Assembly: GCA_963663955.1 (NCBI GenBank)
Contig: OY760694.1
Coordinates: 1,158,327-1,222,326 of the forward strand
Direction: 5' to 3'
From: Acidimicrobiia bacterium
GTDB taxonomy: Bacteria > Actinomycetota > Acidimicrobiia > Spongiisociales > Spongiisociaceae
Length of the DNA: 64,000 bases
Made by a program: the position numbers and the translations under genes. The notes under the pieces were generated by a model, which saw nothing but the letters and a program-made list of their open reading frames with translations, did not search any database and was not told the origin of the DNA. How positions within the stretch are numbered: position 1 is the stretch's first letter; every line of letters starts with the position of its first letter. Below, piece by piece: positions 63,413 to 64,000 of the stretch.

Positions 63413-63931
63413 TCACCTTGAGCGTATGATCGACGACTTCCACCGGTAGGCACGGTCCGCGTGATCGGTTGTGAAACCGAGACTTCGATAGAGTTCCAGT
63501 GCAGCCGAGTTCGACGAATCCACATATAGGATTGCTCGGTCTGCTCCCCGTTTGGAAGCCAGATACCGGAGCCCTTCGACGGCGATGATCCGACCGAGCC
63601 CGCGCTGCTGGAAGGACGGGTGGACGGCTATGGAGTAGATTTCCCCCACCGTTTCTCCATCAGGTCCTGGCTTGGAATGGACCTTGGTCCAGTTAAAGGC
63701 CACCATCCGCCTCCCTATCCAGGCTGTGCGAACTCCGGCGGGATCGAACCATTCGAACGCTAGGCGGGTTTCCAGATCCCGGGGGGTCCAGCCTCCCTGC
63801 TCCGGATGGTTCCCGAACGCCCGGTTGTTCACATCGATCAGAGCGGAGGCGTCACTCTCGATATCCATGCTTCGGATGATGACGCCCTCCGGCGGAACCG
63901 CGGTATCCACTATCGGAAGGCCGGTGGACAT
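63413..63931 (-). CDS. GNAT-family N-acetyltransferase
   Basis: 172 aa with acetyl-CoA-binding motif A (QQRGLGRIIAVEG). Confidence 0.7.
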   Translation of the reverse strand: MSTGLPIVDTAVPPEGVIIRSMDIESDASALIDVNNRAFGNHPEQGGWTPRDLETRLAFEWFDPAGVRTAWIGRRMVAFNWTKVHSKPGPDGETVGEIYSIAVHPSFQQRGLGRIIAVEGLRYLASKRGADRAILYVDSSNSAALELYRSLGFTTDHADRAYRWKSSIIRSR

Positions 63932-64000
63932 CCGGTACAGAGCGCGCTCGGGATGTACCCGATCCGTGGGGGGGTCTATCGCCCGGCTATGGATCCAGAG

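Overview
This is a high-GC, actinobacterial-type chromosomal segment of about 64 kb in which conserved core genes are interrupted by accessory DNA. The core genes are thrS, the pgsA-patA-pimA phosphatidylinositol-mannoside operon, pdxS/pdxT, yebC, typA/bipA, citrate synthase, an EF-G paralog and a split B12-dependent acyl-CoA mutase. The accessory DNA comprises four blocks. (1) Roughly 1-21 kb is a hydrolase/transport island, which I read as a catabolic island: three M29-family paralogs, M20 and M24 peptidases, a PuuE-like deacetylase, a NitT/TauT-type ABC transporter, SDRs, an LLM oxidoreductase, a class-III aminotransferase and a GntR regulator. (2) Type II toxin-antitoxin modules: a vapBC pair, a RES-Xre pair, and an orphan, truncated parD. 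(3) Roughly 31-47 kb is a putative defense and mobile island. It holds an OLD-family/PARIS-like ABC-ATPase-Toprim(DUF4435) fusion protein, a Fic protein, two tandem DUF4143 AAA+ ATPases (one frameshifted), a Schlafen-like AlbA_2/HATPase_c_4 protein, an IS1380-family remnant, and an IS3-family element carrying a nested IS30-family element that together disrupt an EamA transporter gene. (4) The most striking feature is a family of roughly 205-bp elements that each have a 16-bp terminal inverted repeat (GCCCYGATTATTCA...) and are flanked on both sides by TA. There are 7 full copies and 2 partial copies. This matches IS630/Tc1-mariner-mobilised MITEs. Several copies abut toxin-antitoxin genes, and two copies supply the TAG stop codon of the upstream gene. 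A second, shorter repeat family (about 110 bp, 2 copies) lies next to MITE copies. No rRNA, tRNA or CRISPR array was found.
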